From the sequence record SRR20825006_1228: 64,000 bases of DNA; one strand, given 5' to 3'. Below the pieces are notes generated by a model, which was not told the DNA's origin, searched no databases, and saw only the letters and a list, made by a program, of their open reading frames with translations. Shown piece by piece: positions 28,728-37,774 of the stretch (positions are counted from its first letter, which is position 1; each line of letters begins with the position of its first letter). The translations under genes were made by a program, and so were the position numbers.

Positions 28728-28773
28728 GCGCTCTGAAGCGAGCCGATCAATAGTTGAGGCGCGAACAGTCAAG
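28728..28773 (+). promoter_or_regulatory. Two tandem cluster-regulon boxes
   Basis: GCGC-TCTGAAG-CGAG (28728-28742) and GCGC-GAACAGT-CAAG (28759-28773), 31 nt apart. The second lies 54 nt before the LLM gene ATG. Confidence 0.6.
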
Positions 28774-28827
28774 AATGCTGGGTAAATGTCGGGTGATATT
28801 CCAGTCAGGAAATGAGGGAAGTGAAGC

Positions 28828-29946
28828 ATGTCTCAGCAACTGGTGCCAACAAAATTCGATCTGCCGTCCGACGTTGGAGGCAAGGATCTTGGCATCTTTA
28901 TGCCAATTGCGAATGGCGGATGGATTTTGTCGAAGAACAAGCCAGAGCTTGATGGGTCGTATGCCTACAATCGCCAGGTGGCGGTTCTTGCAGAGAAGCA
29001 TGGATATGATTTCATAATGTCTATGGCAAAGTATCGCGGCTATGGTGGTGAAACCGAGCACTGGAATTCAACGCTTGATGCGACCGTGACAATGGCTGCA
29101 CTCGCGGAGGTGACTGAGCGGGTGAAGGTCTGGACGACGGTTCATACCATTCTTCAGAATCCGGGCACCGTGGCCAAGATGATTGCAACGTTGGACCAGG
29201 TCACCAAAGGCCGAGCCGGCCTGAATGTTGTGACCGGTGCCTACAAGGGCGAGTTCTCGCAAATGGGTATGTGGCCGGAAGGTGTCGATCACGACGCCCG
29301 GTACGATCTCGCCAAGGAATGGATTCAGGCGATCAAGGCCCTTTGGACCCAGCCATCGGTGACGATGCAGGGGGATTATTTTCAATTGGAGGACTGTGTG
29401 TCCAACCCCAAACCATCGACCAAGCCTTTCTTGGTTTGTGCCGGTTCGTCGGAAGTGGGCATGCGCTTCAGCGCCAATGAAATGGACGCCATTTTTCTCT
29501 CCGGCGATGTACCTGAAAAGCTGGCGCAGTCGAGTAACAAGGTAAAGGGCATAGCGGCTGATATGGGGCGTTACATCCGCACATATGCCATGCAGACTAT
29601 CGTGCTGGGCGAGACCGACGCGGAAGCCGAGGCGACCGCCCTGCATTACCGGGAAGGCTTGGATGAAGAAGCCTTACGCGGAATGATGCGTGCTTACGGC
29701 TTTCTCGACGCAGAGATTGGCGAGGAGAATGCTTTCGTGAAAAAGGCACGCTCATCCTTTATGGCACCTCATGTGGCTGGCTCACCAGACACTGTTATCC
29801 AGAAAATCGGTGAGTTGCTGGAAGTTTCGGGAATTGATGGGCTCATGCTGATCTTCCCGGACTATATTTCTGCCATGCCTCTGTTTGCTGAACACGTTAT
29901 GCCGAAATTGCGGGCGAAGTTTCCTGCGCTTGCCGGGGCCGCGTAG
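28828..29946 (+). CDS. Luciferase-like flavin monooxygenase, RutA (pyrimidine monooxygenase)-like
   Basis: GIFMPIANGGWILS, SMAKYRGYGGETEHW, GLNVVTG, QMGMWP and CAGSSEVGM resemble E. coli RutA segments. Confidence 0.88.
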   Translation: MSQQLVPTKFDLPSDVGGKDLGIFMPIANGGWILSKNKPELDGSYAYNRQVAVLAEKHGYDFIMSMAKYRGYGGETEHWNSTLDATVTMAALAEVTERVKVWTTVHTILQNPGTVAKMIATLDQVTKGRAGLNVVTGAYKGEFSQMGMWPEGVDHDARYDLAKEWIQAIKALWTQPSVTMQGDYFQLEDCVSNPKPSTKPFLVCAGSSEVGMRFSANEMDAIFLSGDVPEKLAQSSNKVKGIAADMGRYIRTYAMQTIVLGETDAEAEATALHYREGLDEEALRGMMRAYGFLDAEIGEENAFVKKARSSFMAPHVAGSPDTVIQKIGELLEVSGIDGLMLIFPDYISAMPLFAEHVMPKLRAKFPALAGAA

Positions 29947-30624
29947 ATGACGTCGTCGCTTTCTGTTGATGCGCTTCCGCATGTCGATCCAACCCTCTTG
30001 AAGGGGATCATTGCGCCAGCGCGAACAGCTCTTTTGCTGATTGATGTGCAGGTTGACTTCGTATCGCCGGATGGCGTGATCGGAATGGCGGGCGTTGATA
30101 TGTCCGGTATCAACTCTGCCATCGACAAGATGGAAACATTGCGTGCTGTAGCCAAGGTGCAAGGAGCAGCTGTAGCTTTCGTCCGAGTGGTTACGCGGGA
30201 GGAAACAGATTCCTCCGCCCTCAAGAATCTATATGCCCGGCGCGGACGTCCTGGCCAGCATGCTATCTGCCGTGCAGACGAGCCAGGTTCCGACTATTAT
30301 CGACTGTTCCCGGAGGACGGAGACATCGAGATTGAGAAAGTCTTGTTTGATGGCTTCCATGGAACGGATCTGGAGGAGCAGTTGCGCGCACGTGAAATCG
30401 ACACAGTATTGGTCGCGGGCGTGACGACTGATTGCTGCGTGGACCAGACCGCGCGCTCGGCGTTCCATCGAAATTTCAACGTGATAGTGGTGTCTGATGC
30501 ATGCGCGGCTTATGAAGATGCGCTGCACGCCGGGGGGTTGTTGGCGCTCGAAAAGAACTGCGCTTTGCTGGCAGATACTAAGTCGGTTCTTTCTGCTTGG
30601 AGCGGTATTTCGGACGAGGCCTGA
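29947..30624 (+). CDS. Isochorismatase-family cysteine hydrolase (RutB-like position)
   Basis: ALLLIDVQVDF, K in IEK and GVTTDCCV give an Asp-Lys-Cys triad. It is directly adjacent to the LLM gene. Confidence 0.9.
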   Translation: MTSSLSVDALPHVDPTLLKGIIAPARTALLLIDVQVDFVSPDGVIGMAGVDMSGINSAIDKMETLRAVAKVQGAAVAFVRVVTREETDSSALKNLYARRGRPGQHAICRADEPGSDYYRLFPEDGDIEIEKVLFDGFHGTDLEEQLRAREIDTVLVAGVTTDCCVDQTARSAFHRNFNVIVVSDACAAYEDALHAGGLLALEKNCALLADTKSVLSAWSGISDEA

Positions 30625-30790
30625 CAAAGTAGCTGCTGAGACAACTTTGCATTCTGCTCGAACATTAAAAAACCAGTTCGCATGCCGTCAATAATGCGCC
30701 GCCAACATGTGCGATTGTATGGTCGTGGTGGACGTCCGGCATCAGGCTGTATCTGATCGACGTCTCGCACCTTTTTGAAGGGAAGCGGGC

Positions 30791-32026
30791 ATGTATCGAA
30801 AATGGATAATCTTTGCGGTTGTCGTTGCCGGCTTTTTTGTCTTGAATGCGAGTACATTTGCTTCTCTTGGGGTCGTTTTGTTCGTCATGGCGGATGACCT
30901 CGGTTGGTCTTACACGTCCGCTGGTTTGAGTTTCACGATTCTGGGGTTGGCCGTGGGTTTGACCAGCTTCCTGCCAGCCATCCTGTTGCAGCGGATCGGC
31001 GCGCGCCTGACTTTCTGTTTCGGGTTTTTCTGCGTCGCCTTGGGTTTTGGGCTGGCCAGCGCCAGCCAGGGGCTTGGCATGTTCTTCGCGGCAATGTGCC
31101 TTGCGGGTGCCGGATTCTCTCTGGCCGGGAACGTCACGGCCGTCTGGCTGATCGGTGAATGGTTTCCGGAGCATACTGGCCGCATGATTGGTCTCTATCT
31201 CATGCTCGGAGGAATTGGAGACATTATGGGTCCCAGCCTCAGCCACTACATGATGGAATGGACAAATTGGCGTTTCAATTGGATGCTGCTGGCTGTCATC
31301 TGCGGCGTTCTCATCCTTGTTGGTGGAGCATTCATCACAGAGCGCCGAGACGTATCCGGAGGCGAGGCGAGGACTGACAACTCGCGCGGGCCCGACGATG
31401 CAAAGGAAGTCGACGGGGCTATTCCATCCTGGAGAGTGGCTATCGGACGGCCTCTGTTTCTGATCATAGCGGCCGCCATCACGTTCAATCTCGCCTGCGT
31501 TACGACGGTGCATTCCATTGCTGTGAGCCACTTGAAGCTTCTTGGCCTGTCTCCAGTTGTCGGGGCCTTGGGGCTCAGCTTCATGGCGTTCGTATCGCTC
31601 GCGTTCAAAGGACTGGCGGGTCCGCTCTGTGAGCGGTTCTCGTCCCGCCACATGTTGGCATTGAGTATGGCGCTGCAGGCTGTCGGGGTCGTCATGTTTG
31701 CTGTCGCGACCAACCCGGCCCTTGTTCTGGTGTCATCACTAATGTTTGGTGCTGGCTGGGGTATCACTGTTGTCGCAACCATGGTTCTGCTTGTGGACTG
31801 CTTTGGGCGGGTAATTGGTGCACAATTGCTAGGCGCGGCTCACCAGATTTCGTCTATTGCTGCCTTTGGCCCGTTGGCAGCTGGAATGGCAGCTGACAAA
31901 ATCGGATCGTTCGCGCCCGTCTTCTTTGCGTTCGCGGTGGCCCTTGGTGTGCTGGCTTTGATTATACAGGTTCTTCGCGACCCTGGAATGTTGAAGCCTT
32001 CTCAGGCGTTCACTCGACCGGTTTAG
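30791..32026 (+). CDS. MFS transporter
   Basis: 12-TM pattern. ASTFASLGVVLFVMADDLGWS resembles the N-terminus of 14010..15356. Confidence 0.88.
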   Translation: MYRKWIIFAVVVAGFFVLNASTFASLGVVLFVMADDLGWSYTSAGLSFTILGLAVGLTSFLPAILLQRIGARLTFCFGFFCVALGFGLASASQGLGMFFAAMCLAGAGFSLAGNVTAVWLIGEWFPEHTGRMIGLYLMLGGIGDIMGPSLSHYMMEWTNWRFNWMLLAVICGVLILVGGAFITERRDVSGGEARTDNSRGPDDAKEVDGAIPSWRVAIGRPLFLIIAAAITFNLACVTTVHSIAVSHLKLLGLSPVVGALGLSFMAFVSLAFKGLAGPLCERFSSRHMLALSMALQAVGVVMFAVATNPALVLVSSLMFGAGWGITVVATMVLLVDCFGRVIGAQLLGAAHQISSIAAFGPLAAGMAADKIGSFAPVFFAFAVALGVLALIIQVLRDPGMLKPSQAFTRPV

Positions 32027-32151
32027 AATGCGGCAAGAATAACCATTGTTCGATCATTTTGCACGACCTGTCCAGCGAGGTGGTGGGCTGTGTTTGTGGG
32101 TGTAGAGAATAGGTGTTAAGTGCCAATTTTAAAGAGTTTTCAATTATTTTG

Positions 32152-32166
32152 GCGCTGGAAATCAAG
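32152..32166 (+). promoter_or_regulatory. Candidate cluster-regulon box (GCGC-N7-CAAG)
   Basis: GCGCTGGAAATCAAG, 72 nt upstream of the TBDR ATG at 32239. Confidence 0.55.
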
Positions 32167-32238
32167 TCAGACCCAAAACCCGGACATAGCGTAGGGTATC
32201 GCAAATTCTGTGATTTCTGCAGCTTGAGGGATAATGTC

Positions 32239-34536
32239 ATGGGTCGGAACAAAAAAATCATTTTGAAGTATAGCGTCGCATGTGCGGCAATGAGTTTGGC
32301 CCTTATTCAGGGTGGAAGCGCGTTTGCGGACGATGCTGCTGGTGATGACGATTCGGTTCGCAATATGAACCAAATTACCGTTTACGGAGAAAAGCGCGAA
32401 ACTACTCTCCAGGATGCGCCGATCGCATTGAGCGCGATCACGAGTGATATTCTTGACCAGGCTGGCATTACGGACCCCAGCCAATTGAATGGCTATGTGC
32501 CTGGCTTGATGATCACCAAGAGTGGTGGGTCCGAGCGCATCGTGACAATCCGGGGAGTGGGTCAGCAGACGCCAGAAAACTTTGCAACTATTCCGGGCGT
32601 CTCCTTTCACGTAGATGGTGCGTTCCTGCCGAATTCAATCGCGTTGAATATGGGCTTTTTCGACGTTGACCGCATTGAGGTTCTGAGAGGTCCGCAAGGC
32701 ACTGTGTTCGGGCAAAGCTCAACGGGCGGATCAATCAACATTATCACCAAGCAGCCAACCCTTGATGAGTACAAGGGCACCTTCAAGGCAACGCTCGGCG
32801 ACTACAATTACGTTCAAGGGTTTGCGTCTTACAACGTCCCCATAGGTGAAACGGCAGCTATTCGTGGCTCCATTCAGCAAACGTCCCATGATGGCTATGC
32901 GACTGCCACCAGTGTAGATGGCGGATATGAGCTCGATGATGCCGACAATGAGCACTATCGCATCGCGGGGCTTTGGGAGCCGACAGACAAGCTGTCCACG
33001 ACGCTTTCCTATACGCTCTACAATGACAAGCATAATGGTGGTGCCTTGAAGAATCTCGAGGATCCAAACCCCGACATTCGAGAGCTAACACAGGACTTCC
33101 CCGCCAAGTTCAAACTGCGTTCAGAGTTGGCGACGTTGAACGTTGCTTATGAACTGCCGTTCGCGACACTCAAGTCGGTGACAAGCTATCAAGATCTGAC
33201 GCACGACCAGTCATTCGATGCTGATCGGTTGGATATTGCGACATATGGTGGATATGACCATGTTGCGACTTGGGCGACAGATGCCGAGACCTTCATGGAA
33301 GAGTTGACGATTAGCTCACTGCCGGAGGCCCCAATTGACTGGATCGCGGGTGTTTTTTACTCTAACACAGATTCCGCTCAATACGTGGTCGAGTATCGTG
33401 AGTTGGGGGTCACCTCCATTCCGCCTCTACCTGTACTTCCGAAGGATACGCCTCAATCGGCAATCCCGGGTAATCTGGCTTATGAAAACATCTCCTCGGT
33501 GAACCGGGAATCCATCGCCCCATTCTTTCAGGCGACGGTGCCAATCATGGCAAATCTGAACGCCACCATCGGCGCTCGCTACAATGATGATAAATATGAG
33601 GGCGAAGGCGCTTCCTATTACTCAACTCCCACTCAGAGCTCTTTCGATACCCAGACTTGGACTGGGAAAGTCGGGCTGGACTATGATCTTTCCGAAGACT
33701 CCATGCTGTATGCGAGCTGGTCGCGAGGGTACAAACCGGGCGGCCTGAACGGCGGCTCTTCTGGTGCATTGACCGTGTCCACGACCTATGATGAAGAAGT
33801 CGTCGAGGCGATTGAGTTCGGTTCGAAGAATACTTTCCTGGATGGGCGCGCGACACTGAACGCTTCCATCTTCTTCAACCAGTATGAAAACATGCAGTTC
33901 ATTGAAGAGGATCCGATCCCTTATTCGGGTGGCATCGGGAATATTCCTGAAGCGGAGACTTATGGTCTGGAACTCGAAGGTAGCTATCTGGCATTTGATG
34001 ACCAGCTGATGCTTGGCGGTAATATGGCTTTGCTGGACGGCGAAGTTACAGCGGACTACGAAGCGTTGGATCGTCGTTTGGCGGATATCGCTGCTGCGTC
34101 GGCCGAGGCGACCGGTACGATTTATCCTTGGACCTTCGATTGGTTCCTGGCGCGCCAATCCGCTGCGGTGCAAGTCAATGGCAACACGCCACCAAATCTG
34201 GCTGACTTGACGTATAATCTGTATGCCGCTTGGTTCCAGCCGATTGGCGATCATGGAGAGCTCACGTCTCGGATCGAGAATGTGTATGTGGGTGAATACG
34301 AAGCTCGTATCTTTAATACGGACGGAGCCGATGATGTATCTTCCTACAGCCTCTGGAATGCCTATTTCCAATACAAGCCGAATGAGGGTCCGTGGTACGT
34401 TTCTGCTTCTGTGACAAACATCGCGGATGAAGAAGGGGTGTCTGGCCGGTTTGTGGATCCATACTCCAGCGGAACGGTTAGTAATGAGTATGTGCCACCG
34501 CGCCAGCTGCTCGTTACGTTTGGCTTCGAATTCTGA
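32239..34536 (+). CDS. TonB-dependent receptor
   Basis: Signal peptide, TonB-box-like QITVYGEKR, plug motif RIEVLRGPQGTVFG, GYKPGG and C-terminal F. Confidence 0.95.
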   Translation: MGRNKKIILKYSVACAAMSLALIQGGSAFADDAAGDDDSVRNMNQITVYGEKRETTLQDAPIALSAITSDILDQAGITDPSQLNGYVPGLMITKSGGSERIVTIRGVGQQTPENFATIPGVSFHVDGAFLPNSIALNMGFFDVDRIEVLRGPQGTVFGQSSTGGSINIITKQPTLDEYKGTFKATLGDYNYVQGFASYNVPIGETAAIRGSIQQTSHDGYATATSVDGGYELDDADNEHYRIAGLWEPTDKLSTTLSYTLYNDKHNGGALKNLEDPNPDIRELTQDFPAKFKLRSELATLNVAYELPFATLKSVTSYQDLTHDQSFDADRLDIATYGGYDHVATWATDAETFMEELTISSLPEAPIDWIAGVFYSNTDSAQYVVEYRELGVTSIPPLPVLPKDTPQSAIPGNLAYENISSVNRESIAPFFQATVPIMANLNATIGARYNDDKYEGEGASYYSTPTQSSFDTQTWTGKVGLDYDLSEDSMLYASWSRGYKPGGLNGGSSGALTVSTTYDEEVVEAIEFGSKNTFLDGRATLNASIFFNQYENMQFIEEDPIPYSGGIGNIPEAETYGLELEGSYLAFDDQLMLGGNMALLDGEVTADYEALDRRLADIAAASAEATGTIYPWTFDWFLARQSAAVQVNGNTPPNLADLTYNLYAAWFQPIGDHGELTSRIENVYVGEYEARIFNTDGADDVSSYSLWNAYFQYKPNEGPWYVSASVTNIADEEGVSGRFVDPYSSGTVSNEYVPPRQLLVTFGFEF

Positions 34537-34574
34537 TCCAGACACTGTGCTAATCGAAACGAAAGGTAAATGAC

Positions 34575-35456
34575 GTGTCAGACTTTGACGGTGACAAGGA
34601 CTATAGCAGTTTTACGGCCAAACGGGTGACACCCTATCTTGGCGCAGAACTTGAGGGCATAGACTTGACGAAGCCCTTGTCACCGATTCAGGCTGATGAA
34701 CTACGCGATGCGCTGGCCCGGTTTCAGGTGATATTTTTCCGGGACCAGCCCATCAGCCATGATGCCCATAAGGATCTGGGGCGGCTGTTTGGGCCGTTGG
34801 CTATCCATTCGGCGGTTGCGGGGATTGATGGGCACCCGGAGATCGTCGCCATTCATGCGGATGCGGATTCCAAATATGTTGCCGGCGAAGGGTGGCATTC
34901 TGACCTGAGCGCTGATGAGGCGCCGCCGCTGGGAAGCATTCTCTACTTGCATACGATCCCGGAAACGGGCGGAGACACAATGTTCTCCAGCATGTACAAG
35001 GCCTATGATGCGCTGTCTGATCGGATGAAGGCTTATCTCGAAGGGCTTGAAGCGGTACATGATGCCAATCCGGTTTATCATGCTCTGTTCAAGGACTATG
35101 ATAAGAGGTACCCGGTTGCGACGCATCCGGTTATCCGCACCCACCCTGTCACCGGAAAGAAGTGTATTTTCGTCAATTCGTCTTACACGACCCGGATCGA
35201 GGGAATTCCTTCAGAGGAAAGTGATGCGCTTCTCAAGTTTCTGTTTGACCATGTCAAGAACCCGAACTTTCAGGTGCGGTTTCAGTGGCAACCACACTCG
35301 ATCGCTTTCTGGGACAATCGTGCCGTTCAGCATCTGGCGGTGTGGGATTATTTTCCAGAGGTTCGGTCCGGCTACAGGGTGACAATAGCCGGCGACAAAC
35401 CATTCAGCGGCACACTTCAAAATCGAAAACTGGAGACAGTTGCAGCAACTGTTTGA
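34575..35456 (+). CDS. TauD/TfdA-family Fe(II)/2-oxoglutarate dioxygenase (taurine dioxygenase-like)
   Basis: GAELEGIDL, VIFFRDQ, WHSD, GGDTMF, HPVIRTHP, FWDNRAVQH and RxxxR. Confidence 0.93.
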   Translation: MSDFDGDKDYSSFTAKRVTPYLGAELEGIDLTKPLSPIQADELRDALARFQVIFFRDQPISHDAHKDLGRLFGPLAIHSAVAGIDGHPEIVAIHADADSKYVAGEGWHSDLSADEAPPLGSILYLHTIPETGGDTMFSSMYKAYDALSDRMKAYLEGLEAVHDANPVYHALFKDYDKRYPVATHPVIRTHPVTGKKCIFVNSSYTTRIEGIPSEESDALLKFLFDHVKNPNFQVRFQWQPHSIAFWDNRAVQHLAVWDYFPEVRSGYRVTIAGDKPFSGTLQNRKLETVAATV

Positions 35457-35550
35457 CCTCTGATTCATCGCGGTAGTGCGAGTTAATTGTGACGACCGTT
35501 CAAAACTACCGTGAAGCTGCTCGATGCGTCTCGGTCCACAACACACAGTC

Positions 35551-35589
35551 CAGACCCAGCAGGGGCCAATAGGTTCCCTGCCGGGTCTG
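35551..35589. terminator. GC-rich stem-loop between convergent genes
   Basis: CAGACCC-A-GCAGGG...CCCTGC-C-GGGTCTG. There is no clear U tract. Confidence 0.5.
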
Positions 35590-35619
35590 ATGTGGATTGA
35601 CGTGCGCGAGTCGCACCAA

Positions 35620-36771
35620 CTACGCGCCGACCACTTCTGGAAGAGCTTTGCAGAACCGCTCTACATCTTTGATCTTTCCCATCGAAACTCGCGTCCATTC
35701 AGTATAGTCCATATATTGTCCGCGAACGGATATGAGCTTTGCCGCCATGGCCTTCTGAACATCATTCGCTTCTTTACCAGACTTGAAGTAAACGAAATTG
35801 GTCTGGGACGGTAGCCGCTCAAGACCGAGCGTATCGATGGTCATGTTCACCATCTCACGAGCTTCAACAATTTTCTGTTTCGAATAGGCTATGAACGCCT
35901 CATCCTGGTAGGCGCCTATAGCGGCAGCATAAGAAGTGCAGGGAGACCATGACATGACGACACCTCTGATTTTCTCCGCCGTTTCAGCGGATGAAATTGA
36001 ATAGCCCATGCGCAATCCAGCCATACCAAAAATCTTCGAGAAGGTGCGTGTCACAATGACATCGTGGCCTTCATCGATCAGCCCGATACAGGTATTGCCT
36101 TCGGGATCATCGGCGAGCTCCATGTAGGCTTCGTCGACCAGAACCGTCGTTTTTGCAGCCATGCGCTTCACCGCCGATTTCAGCGTTGCCGCGTCTGACA
36201 CCATACCCGTAGGATTGTTGGGATTACACAGCTGGACGATGCCTGTTTCTGATGTGACTTTCGCCTCGATCGCCGCGAGGTCCACGCTCATATCGGCTGC
36301 AAGTGGCACCCGATCGATGCTTCCGACGCCTTGGTTGACGGCATACAGAGCAGTCGTATCCCAGAAAAGACGGGGGGCGACAATTGGGCCCGTCTTGCCG
36401 TAGATCATCGCGATAGCGCTGAGCACCTCGCCGGATCCGGTGGTCAGAACGACTTGCTCAGGTGTAACACCATTCTTGTCCGCGATGAGCTGTGCAAGCA
36501 TCTGAATGGCCTCAGGCGAGGTGTAGTACGCGCCCTTATTGGCTGCGTACTCTACCATCTTCAATGCAGCTTTGGAGGGGCCGTATGGGTTCTCGTTGCG
36601 GGAGAGCAGTGCCACTCCTTCCTTGGGCCCCAGCAGATACGGGTCCGGCGTAGCAGTCGCGGGAAAGGCGCCTTGTGTTTCGGCTGCTGTGGTTGCGCAA
36701 CCGGCAAGGCTCGCCGTGGCGAGTCCGCCCGCCATCAAGAACCGTCTCGATACGTCAAATGCCATTTTCAT
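35620..36771 (-). CDS. Class I/II PLP aminotransferase (HisC-like) with Tat/lipoprotein signal
   Basis: SRRFL twin-arginine motif, LAGC lipobox, NENPYGPS, CNPNNPTG, DEAY and RTFSKIFGMAGLRMG. Confidence 0.9.
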   Translation of the reverse strand: MKMAFDVSRRFLMAGGLATASLAGCATTAAETQGAFPATATPDPYLLGPKEGVALLSRNENPYGPSKAALKMVEYAANKGAYYTSPEAIQMLAQLIADKNGVTPEQVVLTTGSGEVLSAIAMIYGKTGPIVAPRLFWDTTALYAVNQGVGSIDRVPLAADMSVDLAAIEAKVTSETGIVQLCNPNNPTGMVSDAATLKSAVKRMAAKTTVLVDEAYMELADDPEGNTCIGLIDEGHDVIVTRTFSKIFGMAGLRMGYSISSAETAEKIRGVVMSWSPCTSYAAAIGAYQDEAFIAYSKQKIVEAREMVNMTIDTLGLERLPSQTNFVYFKSGKEANDVQKAMAAKLISVRGQYMDYTEWTRVSMGKIKDVERFCKALPEVVGA

Positions 36772-36825
36772 TTCCTTCCTGATTTCACTTTTAACTCAAC
36801 GCGTTTGCTCTTGCTTCACCCCGTA

Positions 36826-37662
36826 TCAGGTGAACGAATTCCATAGAACGATTGCGGATGTTGCAACCAAGTATACTCCGAACACTCGTTTCAAGGCAGG
36901 CCCGTTCAATGCGTGGGCAGCCCGCGCGCCGAGTGGCGCGGTAATGAACGACATTGCCGTGATGGCAACGACAGCGAGAACATTCACATATCCAAAAGAG
37001 CCAACGGGTAGCTGGCTGGCGCCTAACCCCAGAAGCGCAAATCCGATTGTGCCGGGGACTGCGATGATTACGCCAAACCCGGAGGCCGTCCCGACAGCCT
37101 GGTGTATGGGACGACCACACATGGTCATGGTAAGTATGGCAATCGTTCCGCCACCGATGCCTAACAGAGCCGAGAAACCTCCGAGAAAGGAAGCAAGCCC
37201 GGCTAAAGCTACCCCTTTGGGCATTTCGTTAGACAGTTTTACATCCTTCAGAACGGGCATGATGAAGTGCAGGCCCATCAGAAAAACACCAATCGAGAAA
37301 ACCCACTTCAAAGATCTGCCATCCATGAATTGGGCCAGAATGATGCCACCGATGACGCCGACGAGCAGCCAGGGTGCCCAGTCCTTTATTATTTGAAGGT
37401 CGACGGCACCCCGTTTGTTGTGGGCGTGAACCGATCGGGATGAGGTAACAATAATGGTGGCCAGCGATGTGCCGATGGCCACATGTGTCAGCACTTCGCC
37501 ATCTACGCCGAAGAAGCTGAAAACCAGAAGCAAAGCAGGTACCACGACGAACCCGCCGCCAATTCCAAATAATCCTGCAACAAAGCCGGCGATCAAACCG
37601 GCGATCATCAAAACACTGATTAGCTGTGCCAATTGCAATGGATCGTATTCAAGTCCCAGCAT
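36826..37662 (-). CDS. TSUP (TauE/SafE sulfite exporter family) permease
   Basis: Duplicated GLFGIGGG and LLGIGGG motifs, and AIGTSL. Start placed at MLGLEY. Confidence 0.92.
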   Translation of the reverse strand: MLGLEYDPLQLAQLISVLMIAGLIAGFVAGLFGIGGGFVVVPALLLVFSFFGVDGEVLTHVAIGTSLATIIVTSSRSVHAHNKRGAVDLQIIKDWAPWLLVGVIGGIILAQFMDGRSLKWVFSIGVFLMGLHFIMPVLKDVKLSNEMPKGVALAGLASFLGGFSALLGIGGGTIAILTMTMCGRPIHQAVGTASGFGVIIAVPGTIGFALLGLGASQLPVGSFGYVNVLAVVAITAMSFITAPLGARAAHALNGPALKRVFGVYLVATSAIVLWNSFT

Positions 37663-37709
37663 TAAAGGTCCAGTTCTGAAAAGAATGAGTTTCGATGATG
37701 AAGTAGGTG

Positions 37710-37735
37710 TGGGGGGCGCCCGGGAGCGCTCCCCA
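37710..37735. other. Intergenic stem-loop after TBDR
   Basis: TGGGGGGCGC-CCGGGA-GCGCTCCCCA. Confidence 0.5.
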
Positions 37736-37774
37736 ACTCCAAGTAAACCTGTACGGTGGCTCGGCAGGTAAACA

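Noticed and set aside
30678-30692. TCGC-N7-CAAT upstream of the third MFS gene
   Set aside because: A mismatch in each half-site and 98 nt from the ATG, so too weak to count.
30665-31651. Long antisense ORFs (this one, 33622..34545, 55014..55970, 36539..37396 and others)
   Set aside because: Shadow frames of well-supported genes in GC-rich DNA, with no motifs.
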